Source: Pecten maximus | Taxonomy: Eukaryota | Length of the DNA stretch: 64,000 bases | Reading direction: 5' to 3' | NCBI RefSeq assembly: GCF_902652985.1 | Contig: NC_047028.1 | Coordinates: forward strand, 23,870,001-23,934,000 | Part shown: positions 1-13,454 of the stretch, piece after piece | Layout of the letters: each line of letters starts with the position of its first letter | Numbering within the stretch: the stretch's first letter is position 1 | Notes under the pieces: generated by a model | The model's database searches: none | The model's input: only the letters and a program-made list of their open reading frames with translations | What the model was told of the DNA's origin: nothing | Translations under genes and position numbers: made by a program

Positions 1-2020
1 TGTACATCTGTATTGGATGCCCAGTGTACTTTTGCAATATTTCACAATTAGGTGAACCAATTCAGTAGTTAGAAATCCAAAATGTGTTTATTTCTCTTTA
101 AATATAGATACTATACATATCTGACACTAGTAAAATTATGATAAATTGAAAACAAACATGCTGTTGTATATTTTTTGACGAGCGGGTAAATCATTTATTG
201 CATTTTGAATAAACTACCATGCTCTGCTTTTATGTTTTTTTATGTAACTTCTGGTCTTATCATCAATTATCATTAGAATAATGCTACTACCTGTATTTTT
301 TTTTCATTATTTGTTAATTAAATATTATTTTTTATACTACCGGTGCCATTTTATGCATTTTCATGATAACCAGTGTATGTACTCTGGTAGTGTTTTTGTA
401 TACATAGTAAACTTTTATTTGTTCATGAATGTCATCCTACACATGCAGTTTGCAGTGAATCTTCTGGTGGTGTTTTTGACTTATGATTTTTTGAAGAGTT
501 ATTACCCTTTGTTTGCATCTATTTTTATTTTGACTGGAAAGCCTCTCCCACTGTGTGCAAGTTCTATTCAACAGATTTGTTCAAACATAATGATAAAATT
601 AATCATAATATGACATGAAATTATGCGTTCTCAGTGTCATTCTGATTTAGATGATTCTTGTTTCACTTCCATTTGATAGGCACAATACAATCCTCTTTAG
701 TTTGCATGTTACTGTTCTATATTGTTTCACCATCAAAACTTGTTTTATATTTGTTTTATGAAATAATTGATAATTTCTGTATCACTACAATTGTATAGAA
801 TGTAGTGTTACTCTAACGAAACTTGTATTCTACCATATTTTTGAGGTGGGCATTCAGATAGTGTTGTCAATGCCCTGCTTGTTATCACTCTTAGCAACTT
901 CATTGTTTTCTTTTACAAAGGTTAACTTAAACATTTTCCACAAATTAGTATATTCATTTATAGGAAAAAAAGTTAAATAATACTGTTTTGCTAAAGTGCA
1001 TGGTCATGTATTCCTTACATATGTTTAATTTTATTATTTGTTATGTTAATGAACAATTCATTGAAAGAACTTTTTTTTTTTTTTGCTTCAAAGTATAAAC
1101 TGGTGATTTTTTTTACCATATGTTATCTGATTTCTTAATACTTATTGTTATTACATGTAGTTTCATGCATCATTTACTTTGTTTCTAGTCTGAATTTTCC
1201 CAGCAATTGAAAGCACTTATTATCACAATAAATATCTAACTTGTATACTTTGTTACTTTCATTATTCATTTTGCTCACAGAAACCATGAAATTCTCAATC
1301 TTTCATGCTATATCATTTGTTATTTGAATACATAACTAAAAGTAATTAATAAAGTACCAGAAAATATGTATATACATAATAAGTAATAATTTTACTCTGA
1401 ATGACTTAAGATAAGTAATTTAGTTCAAGTAATTCAAATAGTGGAAAATCAGTAATTAAAATACTAGAAAATAAGTAATTCAGTTACTTATTATATAAGT
1501 AAGAATTTTACTAGAACTTACTTAAAATAAGTAATTGAATTAAGTAATTGAAATACCAGAAAATGAGTAAATTATTTGCTTAAACAAGCAAATCATTTAC
1601 TTATTTAACATGTAAGAATTTTACTATGAATTACTTGCAATTAGTAATTGAATTACACATATATGAGTAATTGAATTACACATATATGAGTAATTGAATT
1701 ACACATATATGAGTAATTGAATTACTTATGAATTACTTTAAACCGGAAAAAATATTACTTACAAATGCAACAGAATTATCGAAAAATAAGTAATACGATT
1801 ACCTAATTTCTATCTCATTTACATATTTCTAGTAATTTGAACAAGTATTTCTTTTACTCATATTTACTTAAAAATTACTTAAAATCAAATTACTTGCAAT
1901 TACTTGGGATTATTGCAAATTACTAGCAATTACTTACCCATTGAATAAATCAATTACTTGAAAAATTACTTATTCCAAGTAAAAACTTTACTTATTTTAA
2001 GTAATTTTTTTTTTTGAGTG
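1..2020. mobile_element. Right end of a probable CACT-terminus (CMC/EnSpm-like) non-autonomous DNA element with subterminal AAGTAA/TTACTT repeats
   Basis: 1330-2005 is packed with AAGTAA/TTACTT motifs in both orientations, including 3x gaattacacatatatgagtaatt near 1650-1720. It ends in T(n)GAGTG at 2020 (reverse complement CACTC-A(n)), just before homology to the repeated unit starts at 2024. The other end is outside the window. Confidence 0.4.
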
Positions 2021-2125
2021 TTAATGTATACAAAATAACAACATTAAAACGAAACCGTAATTATAAATAAAACTCAATACATCAAGGACATAAAACGAAC
2101 TTCGTACATTAACTATATACATGAA

Positions 2126-2293
2126 GTTTTGCCTTTCTCTAGTGTGTAGCGATATTGTTAGAGTGTTATTTGGCAGAAGATTCAAAACTTGCTGAGATAT
2201 TGATGTAATGCTAGGGATAAAACGTTAGGAATTCAACAGTAACAAAGAGAGACAATGATGTCAAGAAATGATTGGACCTCTGGGGAAATGGTA
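2126..2293 (+). pseudogene. Peptide-precursor family pseudogene remnant D0
   Basis: Reads VLPF-(frameshift)-CVAILLECYLAEDSKLAEILM* and later VTKRD..GPLGK, a decayed match to the family signal peptide and tail. Acceptor and ATG are deleted. Confidence 0.7.
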
Positions 2294-3791
2294 TATACCG
2301 CATTTAATAATGAAAAATGTCTGTGAAAAAGAAAGCATAATGACTTGTTACTGGACAACTGTATCCAAATAACCATTCTGAAGAAATACAAGCGTGCCGC
2401 ACGATTTGTCCTGTTATTATTCATTAAATAAATATTTTGATCATGTAAGATTGATTCTATTACCAAAAAATGCCTGATGTTGTCTCCTGATTCCTACGAA
2501 AATTCGATTGAATTATTTGATATAGCTCCTGAAGAATATGATTGAAGTCAAATGTTATAATTTTGATTTCAAATAATATACATATTTACATGTAATTTTA
2601 CAATGTAGATACTATGAACACATAATGGGTTGTCCTCAGAATCAGAGCTTGGGTAACGACAAACAACTAGAAGGCAACTCAGCCGACATCGACATACCAA
2701 AATAGAATTAGTAATTCCAATTAGAAAGCCATACAACTTTTTTCAATTCGTCGTCATCAACTTGTATCTTTCGAAACCTGGTGTCATTAATTTTGCTTTC
2801 GTAAGCTCCTGACATCTATCTATTGAAAATAGGTAAGGACATATTCAACGACCACGTATTGGGAAAGTAGAGAGTTTGCTTACTTTGAAATTGATAATTC
2901 ATAATAAGAAAGTAGATACCATCGGTTTTAAGCTATTCTTGTTGGCAACACTGTAAAAGTGCGTTCTACGATAACACAGATATGATTGACTTTAAACGGG
3001 AATAATAGCTTAGAAATACTATTCATACATTAAAAAACCGGTTTGGAATCCAGAGGAGTGACGGAATATTGTGTATTAAGTCTCCTTTTTAGACAGCTAA
3101 AGATTATTCATGTTTTAAGTTTTTTAGCTTATTAATCTTTTTAGAGTCCCTCCCGTCGGAACTTGACATCAATTACGGCCAAAATTTGGAACAAGTTTTT
3201 AGATATCAAATCAGCTGTGACATGTTACCGTCATATGCTGGTGAAGCGAGGGCCTTATTTATTTAGAGATCAACAATCAACAATAAGGAAACCGACATCT
3301 TCACGCTACCGTACAGATTTGTTTTAAGTTGTGTATGTCAATGGTTCTTTGTTTACATTATATGGACATTCCTACAAGTGACCAAATGTTATTTATTTAG
3401 CCTTTATTCCATAGAGATGGAGAAACATACAACAAAGACTAATTTTTGACATAGTTGATCCGTTAAAAGCATTGAACACGCCTTTGTTCTGTTAGATATT
3501 TGATTATGAAATGCTTATAGTACAAATCCATTTTTGGAAAACATCACCATATCTGTTTTTTGACATAGATAGGTTATTTGAAACAGCTGCAGACGCAGTA
3601 ACTATTACTTAATTTAAAATTAATAGATCTTCTAAAAGCAGGTAGCATGTCATAATGATTTACTATATATATTATTGTGTAATATCGATAATACGATTCT
3701 ATTTTTGGGAAACATTGACATTTTTGTGTTGTGATCAAAAGCAAATCATCGTATGCTAAAACCGAATTTTAGCAGACATGATCTGTAATTT

Positions 3792-3826
3792 ACTGCTGTA
3801 CCAGATGTGAATGTGAGCTTATATAA
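3792..3826 (+). promoter_or_regulatory. Gene A1 core promoter (E-box + TATA)
   Basis: actgctgtacCAGATGtgaatgtgagctTATATAA. Non-coding exon 1 follows at about 3847-3894, with GTAAGT donor at 3895. Confidence 0.75.
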
Positions 3827-4244
3827 TAGGAGTTATTGGTTCACCACATCTACTACTAATAGACGCCAGTGCAGACATTTACGGAATATACTGGGTAAGT
3901 AGCTTTGGTTCATTATCTTAATGAGTTGACATTTTTGGTAAAACGTTCTTCGTGTATTCAAACGATGTAGAAATTTAATACTTAAGTCTACATTTATGTT
4001 TTAATTACATTCATGAACATGATAATATCTCGAACACTGATTCTCGATGAAGTATACGTTGCTATTTGGCAGTTAGTTCCTTCTATTTGATGTGGCTTTT
4101 ATTCATCCTATTCGCCAATGTTACACAGATTGAAAATAACAGATGCGTTTGTGTAAGAAAATAATAGATACAAAAGTATTTATAGTTGGACAGTATTCGT
4201 GTTCAAAACCCGATACCAGAACATTTTTATATTCTTCCAGGAAA

Positions 4245-4445
4245 ATGACATTAGTTCCTGTGTTTTTTACTTTCCTCCGGTGTGTAGCAATACTGTCTGG
4301 GGGATGTTTGACAGAAGTTTCAGGACTTGCTGATCTAAAAAGAGAGGACGTTAGTCATAGAGGGATAGTGTATCTCAAACTTCCCGATGCTAAAATCCTT
4401 AGGAAGAGGGCTGCTGGAGTATTTCCTCAACCACCCGGGAAGTGA
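4245..4445 (+). CDS. Secreted peptide precursor A1 (66 aa)
   Basis: Acceptor ttcttccag (4240) then gaaaATG. MTLVPVFFTFLRCVAILSGG-CLTEVSGLADL-KR-EDVSHRGIVYLKLPDAKIL-RKR-AAGVFPQPP-GK*. The ORF-track start at 4143 lies in the intron. Confidence 0.8.
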   Translation: MTLVPVFFTFLRCVAILSGGCLTEVSGLADLKREDVSHRGIVYLKLPDAKILRKRAAGVFPQPPGK

Positions 4446-5651
4446 AGACTTGTAACAAAAGGAATCAATGATATCATAACTGAAAATGTTTTATTGTATA
4501 TATCGAAACATATCTGATTTGGTTATATGATTGCTGTGTTATTGTTATTGTTTAAACACACCCATTACAAAATGTTCGCATGCATGGGTGTAATATCGCA
4601 TATACTGAAATCATTAAAGGCTAATAAATTGATTCACATACTTCCAGACATTGGCAAAATTGAAAAGAATTTTTCAAGTTAGATAAAGTAGAGCCAAAAT
4701 GAACTAAATCACATAACTCTAGGACTCGTCAGTGATGCTAGTTGTCTCAAATGAACATAGGACGCGACCAAAAGTGACATCAAAATTTTAAAGAGAGGCG
4801 AAGCAAATTTCAATATTTGAATTTTAACGAACCTTAATAAAATGGGTATGGATTAAAACTAGACAAACAACCAGGCTACTATAAAATGTGGATATAAACG
4901 TGTAGACGAAACCTTATATGTATCTCAAAATTAATAAGATATAGGCAAAATATAAAACCTAATGAATATCTGGCAGCCTTAACAATCACCTGACCAGCGC
5001 TATCTAAACAGACCAACAAGCAAACTTCCTGTTTTGATACCACGTTTTATGTTACAATATTAAACCACATTAGTTATTATGACAACGGGAATATCATGTA
5101 GCCCGCATTTGCCCTAGCTTTTTATGGCGGGTGCCGTCCATGAAGTAGTAGGCCCTTACTCTCTCTCTCTACTCCTGATCGTATTACCCTTGCACTTTTG
5201 CTAATCTATATATTTGTTTATATTTTGTCTTTGTTCAATCGATTTTGAATCATGGTTTGGTTTTGATGTCGGTATTCTTTGTTGCTTCTTCTCTGCGTCT
5301 CCTGCAGTAAGAAATTTTGTTTTTTGTTTGTTTTTTAACAGGAAAATTGATTCACGTTAAAAGGCAAACTATTCTATACAAATATAATTGAAAGTCATTT
5401 TTCTAGTCTATACCGTTATGAAGGAAAACTATTTAAATGTATATATAAAAAGAGGTGTTCGCAATTAGTGTAATTGTACAACTAGGAATATAAACAATTA
5501 CAAAAGTTGTGGTCTGACGATCAAAGCATAAGTATAGCAAAATATTGATGGCGTGATATTTTGGAAACAAATTCTATATGTATATGGCGATCAAAGACAA
5601 ATAATTGTATGTTGATCCAAACTGAAAATAAGGCGACAATCATGAACTTTT

Positions 5652-5920
5652 ACGGCCGTACCAGATGTGAATCTGGGATTATATAATAACAGGTGTCACA
5701 AGATTATCACATCTACGACCCTTAGACTGCCGTATGAACGTTTTCCGGAATACACCGAGTAAGTAGTTTTATATATCATACATATACCCTGACGTTAAGG
5801 TAAAATACTGAACTCTTATAACATTTTCAATAATTCTGAAAAAAATAATTGATATGCTTCGCATTTAAATGTTTTCCCGAAATATATGTAATATGTAAGG
5901 TCCGTTATGATAATACAAAT
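5652..5920 (+). pseudogene. Gene B1 remnant: promoter, exon 1 and start of intron; coding exon deleted
   Basis: Nearly identical to the B2/B3 promoter (TATA 5680-5686) and donor (GT 5759). Homology stops at 5920 and no B coding exon occurs in this unit. Confidence 0.8.
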
Positions 5921-7009
5921 GTTAAATGTATACCGGTCAACGCTAGTGTTAAACGTATACCGGTCAACGCTAGTATTAAATGTATACCGGTCAACGATAG
6001 TGTTATATGTATACCGGTCAACGCTAGTGTTTAATGTATACCGGTCAACGGTAGTGTTTAATGTATACCGGTCAACGCTAGTGTTTAATGTATACCGGTC
6101 AACACTAGTATTAAATGTGTACCGGTCAACGCTAGTGTTTAATGTATACCGGTCAACGCTAGTATTAAATGTATACCGGTCAACGGTAGTGTTAAATGTA
6201 TACCGGTCAACGCTAGCGTTAAATGTATACCGGTCAACGCTAGTGTTTAATGTATACCGGTCAACGCTAGTATTAAATGTATACCGGTCAACGGTAGTGT
6301 TAAATGTATACCCGTCAACCCCAGCGTTAAATGTATACCGGTCAACGCTAGTGTTTAATGTATACCGGTCAACGCTAGTATTAAATGTATACAGGTCAAC
6401 GCTAGTGTTTAATGTATACCGGTCAACGCTACTATTAAATGTGTACCGGTCAACGCTAGTGTTTAATGTATACCGGTCAACGCTAGTATTAAATGTGAAC
6501 CGGTCAACGCTAGTGTTTAATGTATACCGGTCAACGCTAGTGTTAAACGTATACCTGTCAACGCTAGTATTAAATGTGTACCGGTCAACGATAGTGTTAT
6601 AGGTATACCGGTCAACGCTAGTGTTTAATGTATACCGGTCAACGCTAGTATTAAATGTGTACCGGTCAACGCTAGTGTTTAATGTATACCGGTCAACGCT
6701 AGTGTTAAACGTATACCTGGCAACGCTAGTATTAAATGTGTACCGGTCAACGCTAGTGTTAAATGTATACTGGTCAACGCTAGTATTAAATGTGTACCGG
6801 TCAACGCTAGTGTTTAATGTATACCGGTCAACGCTAGTGTTAAACGTATACCGGTCAACGCTAGTATTAAATGTATACCGGTCAACGATAGTGTTTTATG
6901 TATACCAGTCAACGCTGGTGTTTAATGTTTACCGGTCAACGCTAGTGTTAAATGTATACCGGTCAACGCCAGTGTAAATTGTTTACCGGTCAACGCCAAT
7001 GTTAAATAC
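5921..7009. repeat. 27-bp minisatellite, about 40 copies (gttaaatgtataccggtcaacgctagt and variants)
   Basis: Directly visible tandem array; it explains the 9-aa LNVYRSTLV periodicity in ORFs 5907..6602 and 6621..6977. Confidence 0.95.
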
Positions 7010-7742
7010 ATATCCCGTTTTTGCCACTCACTGCACTTAAGCTGGTTCCGGAATTTCAATTTCCGGATTTCTTGAAATTTTGATTATCAACTCGTGCAAC
7101 CCGATCGGCCAATTAGCCGGTGTTTCACGTGAACCAAGTCCCTGTGTAGAATGCGTTTCTGTGGTTTGTATCTGTTTTCCCGAGTAAATACATGCAAGAC
7201 ATGAAACGGGTACTTTATATATGATACGAGGACAAAGAGTAGTGTGTTCAGATTTAGAAAATCACAAATACACACTGTAACTGAGAAAATAGAATGACGT
7301 AAGATTCTGGTGTAAAAAGGCGGGAATTCCCCAGGCGCGGGTTCCCAAGTGCAGTGTAAATGTCGGAGTTACTGTCTTTCGATTATCGTACCCGTGTGAC
7401 CTTAGCGGAAACTGTTGCATCCAGGACACGACAGGAAAAAGAACATAATGTACCACATATGTAGAAACATGATTAATTATGTATTTTGGATATAGATGTT
7501 TGTGATAAATATATAAAAAAAAAAAAAAAATTGTAGAGAATTGTGTCTCTTGTTTTTTCTCTGATATTGCAAAATTGTAAGAAATACTGGCAGTGACAGT
7601 AAAATTACAAGCAGCTCACCGAGCGCTACAAGTTCAATCAGACAAACAGAACAGACTTAGTAACGTCACTCCTGACGTACGTCCGTACATGTAATAGACT
7701 CTCCGGAATGTGTGACCTCGCGGTACACAGTACCTATGTTTA

Positions 7743-8154
7743 AAACCCTATTGTGACCGTTCTGTGATAGATATAGAAAAACAAAAGATACGCTTTTCTT
7801 CAGAACTATCTCTTCTTGTTATGTTTGGAGCTTCAGATTTTTGGATTGAAACGCTGACATACATGTAGATCACACCGAGTCTTATAAGTGTGCTTTTCAG
7901 TTAGCTCCAGAAAGTGGTCTGAATTAGCCGCATGTACATTACGTTCCGTCCTTCAATACACTACATTCCACACATTCTTGTGACGTAACACTCGTGACGT
8001 AACATCCGCCACCTCTCGATAAAATACGACCCTTTTTCAAAACCCTATTGTGGCCGTTCTATGAAAGATATAGAAAAACTAAAGATACGCTTTTCTTCAG
8101 AACTATCTCTTCTTGTTATGTTTGGAGCTTCAGATTTTTGGATTGAAACGCTGA
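7743..8154. repeat. ~113-bp direct repeat (7743-7857 and 8039-8154) inside the insertion that replaced B1
   Basis: aaaccctattgtg(a/g)ccgttct...gatttttggattgaaacgctga occurs twice. Confidence 0.85.
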
Positions 8155-8791
8155 TTTTTAAGGACCGGTTAAACAGAAGCTACCGGTCAAAGTGACGATT
8201 TTGGCATGTTTGACCCAAAATATCTCATAAATACGAATTTCCACAGGGATACCAAATACATCCAGACCTAGATCAAGCCAAGTTTTACAATGGTTCAAAA
8301 GACCATCAACATTGTATGTGCCATTTTTTCCGCTCCCAAATCGCTACAATAGCCGGCAAAATAGGCGAATTAGCTCATACTATCATTACGTTCCGTAAGG
8401 AACGATAACGAGTTATCGTCCCTTACTACACTTCATTCTTTACTAGAGGGTGACACCTGAAGGATGTCACAGATGGAATGAAGTGTAGTAAGGGGCGATA
8501 ACTTTGTGTGAGCATGTTTTGTCAAAATCGCTCAATATCTAATTTTCGACCAATACAAAGAATGTGTTGTTCGTAAAGGCAACAAAACTCATGAAATTGA
8601 ATTTGCAGTCCCCTAATACCCTCATATATCAAATCGAATTAAAACTGAACATTATCTACATTTCGACTAATCACAGGCCGGGAATTGGCGGCCATTTTGT
8701 TTAAATGTGAAAGTGAGGCTACGAGAGCGACCGGTGTTCAATGATGTACCTATATATACCAAATTTCATCAAAATCAGACGATATCGGAAT

Positions 8792-9546
8792 CTGCATATT
8801 CTGAAAAATCAAAAACAATTTATTCATATCAAAATATTTCATCAAATTGTACATGAATATTCTTTGATAGCAAATAAATATCAAATCTAATTATTTTCCC
8901 GAGAATGTCATCGCAATTTTCATCACATGGTCTACAGTAATCGCAACATGATTTTCAATGCTACCTATTTTAACTGTGTGCATGTTCTACCGGGCGCCGA
9001 AAAATATGAAATGTCGATTGTTTTGCCTTCGACTGACAAACTGGCAAAAGAAACTGTTGAAGAGATAACCGTTTCTGAATGTCTGATTCAGCTGTAGAAT
9101 GCCCGTGTTCTTTGAAATTTGACAACGGTTCATCATGAACTCGCGCCAGTAATTTTTTTAGATCTGTGTCCGGGGTTTCCGATATTGTTAACGTTGCGTC
9201 ATCACGTGGTACGAGACCACAAAGCACTAGCCATAGTTCATTGATTTTATGTGTGTACACGCGCTCACAGTGTGTAAGCTTATTATCTGTCAGTCGGCAG
9301 TCAGTCACGTAACAATAAACACATGTCCTTCTGGGCTCAATTTGGCGATAATAACGAGGTCACGATGACGTTTTTTTACCATTTGTTCTCGAAATATGAC
9401 GGCTGATGGCGGTATGCAAATTTGGCGGTAAAACGGGTGTATTAGCGTAGGAGGAAATCCGTTCTGAATAGGTACATGGCGTTAAGCGAGTTTGGCGGTA
9501 TAACCGGTGGCGATATAACGGGTCGCGATATAACGGGGTTTAACTG
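8792..9546. mobile_element. Left-truncated copy of pogo/Tigger-like MITE
   Basis: Colinear with 23780-24525; right TIR gcgatataacggggtttaactg followed by TA. Confidence 0.75.
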
Positions 9547-12500
9547 TATATAAAACGGCATTTTACGTACAAAATAGTGAAGAAAACTTTCATATTTGAT
9601 CACTTTTCGATAAATGAATAATTCCATTATATATATGTATATGTTATCTAATTAACTTGTGCATCGCAGAGTAGGCATATTGCCTTGTTTTGTTCAGGGG
9701 CTTGTTTGTAGTGTAGCACCACTTTCGATTTTGTTTTTTCCAGACACACCCCTGGTAAACGTTGGCCTTTCCTCTGTCACCGGCCGCCTATAACTGCTTT
9801 CACTTTCATAAGCTGGGTTCTCTATTAAAGTATCCAATAGGATGAACAACACAAAATATAGAAACAATCAATCGAAATGTAAAGTATTCCAAAAGATAGA
9901 TTCAAAAACGGAGACACCTGAAAATGTTAAAAGGAAAAAGACCATGTGTTCGGAAAGGGTAAACGCCCTTTTCTTCGTTGAACCAGCCGCTATCCGAATC
10001 TAGATCAAATCAGTAAGTGACATGTTTTCATATTCAGAACTTGAGTAACGACAAACAGTAGACAATCCAATCAAAGGCGTCATCGAACATACTGCAAAAG
10101 TAAACATATCCCATTGATAGCGAATTCGATAATACAACCATTTCAATTTGTCATCAACTTGCGTCTTTCGAAACCCTGTGCTTCAATTTTTGTTTTCGTC
10201 AGCTGCCGATATCGTTTAATTGAAACTAAGTTTGGACATATAACGGTTATATGTGGGAAAACCCAGAAGTTTGTTTACTTGGAACTGGAAAATTAATAAA
10301 AATTGATATAATTAGTTGTAAGCTGCTCCCGTCGGTAACAGTAAAAGTCGGCATTGTGATGATATGGATATGATTGATGTGTCTTAAAATGGGTATTAAA
10401 GCTTAAAAATACCCTTTATATATTAAAAACGGGTATCGAATTCAAAGGAACGACAAACTATTATGTATTGTATCCCCATTTAAGACAGCTAAAGAAGAAA
10501 TAAAAATTATATACTAGTTTTTAGTAGTTAATTGGTATCTAAATTCACTTGACATCAATCACGGCAATGGTAATATTCGGAACAAGTCCTCAGATATCAG
10601 CGGGTACTTGTTACCGCCATTTGCTAGGGAACCAGGAACCCTTATTTATAAGAAAGTAAAAATAAACAATAGGGAATTTGACATATTTACGCTACCGTAC
10701 AGCTTTGTTGTCAGCTGTCAATAAAATGAAGTATTGGGTCTGTTGTATATCTATCGTTCTTTGGTTACATTATTGAATATCAATTGAATACATAAGATAC
10801 GTACCTGGACATTACTACGACTGGCCAAATATTCATTTAGCCTTCATTTCAGACAGCTGTTGATACATTGAACAATGAACTATTTTGGACTTAATTGAAC
10901 CGATTAAAGTAGGTAACACATCTCCTGTCCTTTTAGATTTTTGATAATGCTATACTAAAAATACAAACCACATTTAGGAAAATCACCATTGATTCCATAA
11001 AAATGAATCAACACGTAGAGCATATGATAATTTGGACTTATCATAGAATCTCATTAAAACAGATACTGCCCATCAAATATTATTCCAGAAATGTCATTGT
11101 AATATCAATGGTCTACATAATGACATGTTTTCAACTACCAATTCCACTATGTGATGTTTCCAACGGGCGCCGAAAAATATGAAATGTCGATTGCTTTGCC
11201 TTCGACTGACAAACTGGCAAAAGAAACTGTTGAAGAGATAACCATTTCTGAATGTCTGATTCAGCTGTAGAATGCCTGTGTTCTTGAAATTTGACAACGG
11301 TTCATCATGAACTCGCGCCAGTAATGTTTTTAGATCTGTGTCCAGGGTTTCCGATATTGTTAACGTTGCGTCATCACGTGGTACGAGACTACAAAGCACT
11401 AGCCATAGTTCATTGATTTTATGTGTGTACACGCGCTCACGGTGTGTAAGCTTATTATCTGTCAGTCAGCAGTCAGTCACGTAACAATAAACACATGTCC
11501 TTCTGGGCTTAATTTGGCGATAATAACGAGGTCAAGATGACGTTTTTTTACCATTTGTTCTCGAAATATGACGGCGGGTGGTGGTATGCAAATTTGGCGG
11601 TAAAACGGGTGTATTAGCGTGGGAGGAAATCCGTTCTGAATAGGTGCATGGCGTTAAGCGAGGTTGGCGGTAAAACCGGTGGCGATATAACGGGTCGCGA
11701 TATAACGGGGTTTTACTGTATATAAAACGGCGTTTTACGTACAAAATAGTGAAGAAAACTTTCATATTCGATGACTTTTCGATAAATGTTAACAATTCCA
11801 TTTATTCAAGTATATGTTATCTAATTAACTTGTGCATCGCAGAGTAGGCATATTGCCTTGTTTTGTTCAGGGGCTTGTTTGAAGTGCAGCACCACTTTCG
11901 ATTTTGTTTTTTCCAGACACACCCCTGGTAAACGTTGGCCTTTCCTCTGTCACCGGCCGCCTATAACTGCTTTCACTTTCATAAGCTGGGTTCTCTATTC
12001 AATTATCCAATAGGATAAACAACACAAAATATAGAAACAATCAATCGAAATGTAAAGTATTCCAAAAGATAGATTCAAAAACGGAGACACCTGAAAATGT
12101 TAAAAGGAAAAAGACCATGTGTTCGGAAAGGGTAAACGCCCTTTTCTTCGTTGAACCAACCGCTATCCAAATCTAGATCAAATCAGTAAGTGACATGTTT
12201 TCACAATCAGAACTTAGGTAACGACAAACAGCCAGTAGACAATCCAACCGAAGACGTCATCGAACATACTGCAAAAGTAAACATATCCCATTGATAGCGA
12301 ATTCGATAATACAACTTTTTTCAATTTGTCATCAACTTGCGTCTTTCGAAACCTTGTGCTTCAATTTTTGTTTTCGTCAGCTGCCGATATCGTTTTATTG
12401 AAACCAAGTTTGGACATATAACGGTGATATGTGGGAAAACCCAGAAGTTTGTTTACTTGGAACTGGAAAATTAATAAAAATTGATATCATTAGTTGTAAG

Positions 12501-13159
12501 CTGCTCCTGTCGTTAACACAGTAAAAGTGGCAACGTGATGATATGGATATAATTGATGTGTCTTAAAATGGGTATTAAAGCTTAAAAATACCCTTTATAT
12601 ATTAAAAACGGGTATCGAATTCAAAGGAACGACAAACTATTATGTATTGTATCCCCATTTAAGACAGCTAAAGAAGAAATAAAAATTATATACTAGTTTT
12701 TAGTAGTTAATTGGTATCTAAATTCACTTGACATCAATCACGGCAATGGTAATATTCGGAACAAGTCCTCAGATATCAGCGGGTACTTGTTACCGCCATT
12801 TGCTAGGGAACCAGGAACCCTTATTTATAAGAAAGTAAAAATAAACAATAGGGAATTTGACATATTTACGCTACCGTACAGCTTTGTTGTCAGCTGTCAA
12901 TAAAATGAAGTATTGGGTCTGTTGTATATCTATCGTTCTTTGGTTACATTATTGAATATCAATTGAATACATAAGATACGTACCTGGACATTACTACGAC
13001 TGGCCAAATATTCATTTAGCCTTCATTTCAGACAGCTGTTGATACATTGAACAATGAACTATTTTGGACTTAATTGAACCGATTAAAGTAGGTAACACAT
13101 CTCCTGTCCTTTTAGATTTTTGATAATGCTATACTAAAAATACAAACCACATTTAGGAA
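8990..13159 (+). repeat. ~2.17-kb local tandem duplication (about 8990-10980 and 11165-13159)
   Basis: Same MITE end plus upstream region of gene C repeated at an offset of 2172-2179 bp; 10400-10980 appears identical to 12580-13159. Confidence 0.85.
11165..11718. mobile_element. Second truncated copy of pogo/Tigger-like MITE
   Basis: Right TIR gcgatataacggggttttactg then TA; part of the local duplication. Confidence 0.7.
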
Positions 13160-13419
13160 AACATCACCATATTTCTGACATGACCATATATAAATGATTT
13201 CAAACAGCTGTAGAAGCAGTAACGATGACTAAATTTGGACTTAATCATAGATCTCATTAAAACAGGTAGCATGCCATCATATTGTTTTAGATGTACGAGG
13301 TGTAATATCAATAACACTAATCCATTTTTGGAAAGCATCACAATATTTATGTTGTGATCAAAGGCAAATTAGCGGTTGTTAAATAAAGTTAGATTTTATC
13401 AGACATGATTTATAGTTTA

Positions 13420-13454
13420 ACTGCCGTACCAGATGTGGATCGGAGCTCATATAA
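13420..13454 (+). promoter_or_regulatory. Gene C1 core promoter (E-box + CATATAA TATA variant)
   Basis: actgccgtacCAGATGtggatcggagctCATATAA; exon 1 ends 13526, GTAAGT donor at 13527. Confidence 0.7.

Noticed and set aside
281-613. 110-aa hydrophobic ORF
   Set aside because: Low-complexity T-rich sequence; no motif, splice or paralogue support.
4143-4244. N-terminal extensions of ORF-track proteins (also at 19651, 45127, 13787, 26639, 21802, 50293)
   Set aside because: They lie in the 5'-UTR intron upstream of a conserved acceptor; the true start is the ATG 4-5 nt after the AG.
5100-5290. Possible Penelope-associated repeat fragments (also near 9900-9990)
   Set aside because: Too degenerate to delimit or classify by eye.
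5907-6977. 231-aa and 118-aa repetitive ORFs (LNVYRSTLV)n, or a CRISPR-like array
   Set aside because: Translation of a 27-bp minisatellite with no spacers; eukaryotic context and no cas genes.
8970-9308. Repeated minus-strand ORF (also 11094..11432 and 23953..24315)
   Set aside because: Internal to a MITE; frames differ between copies and no transposase motif is recognisable.
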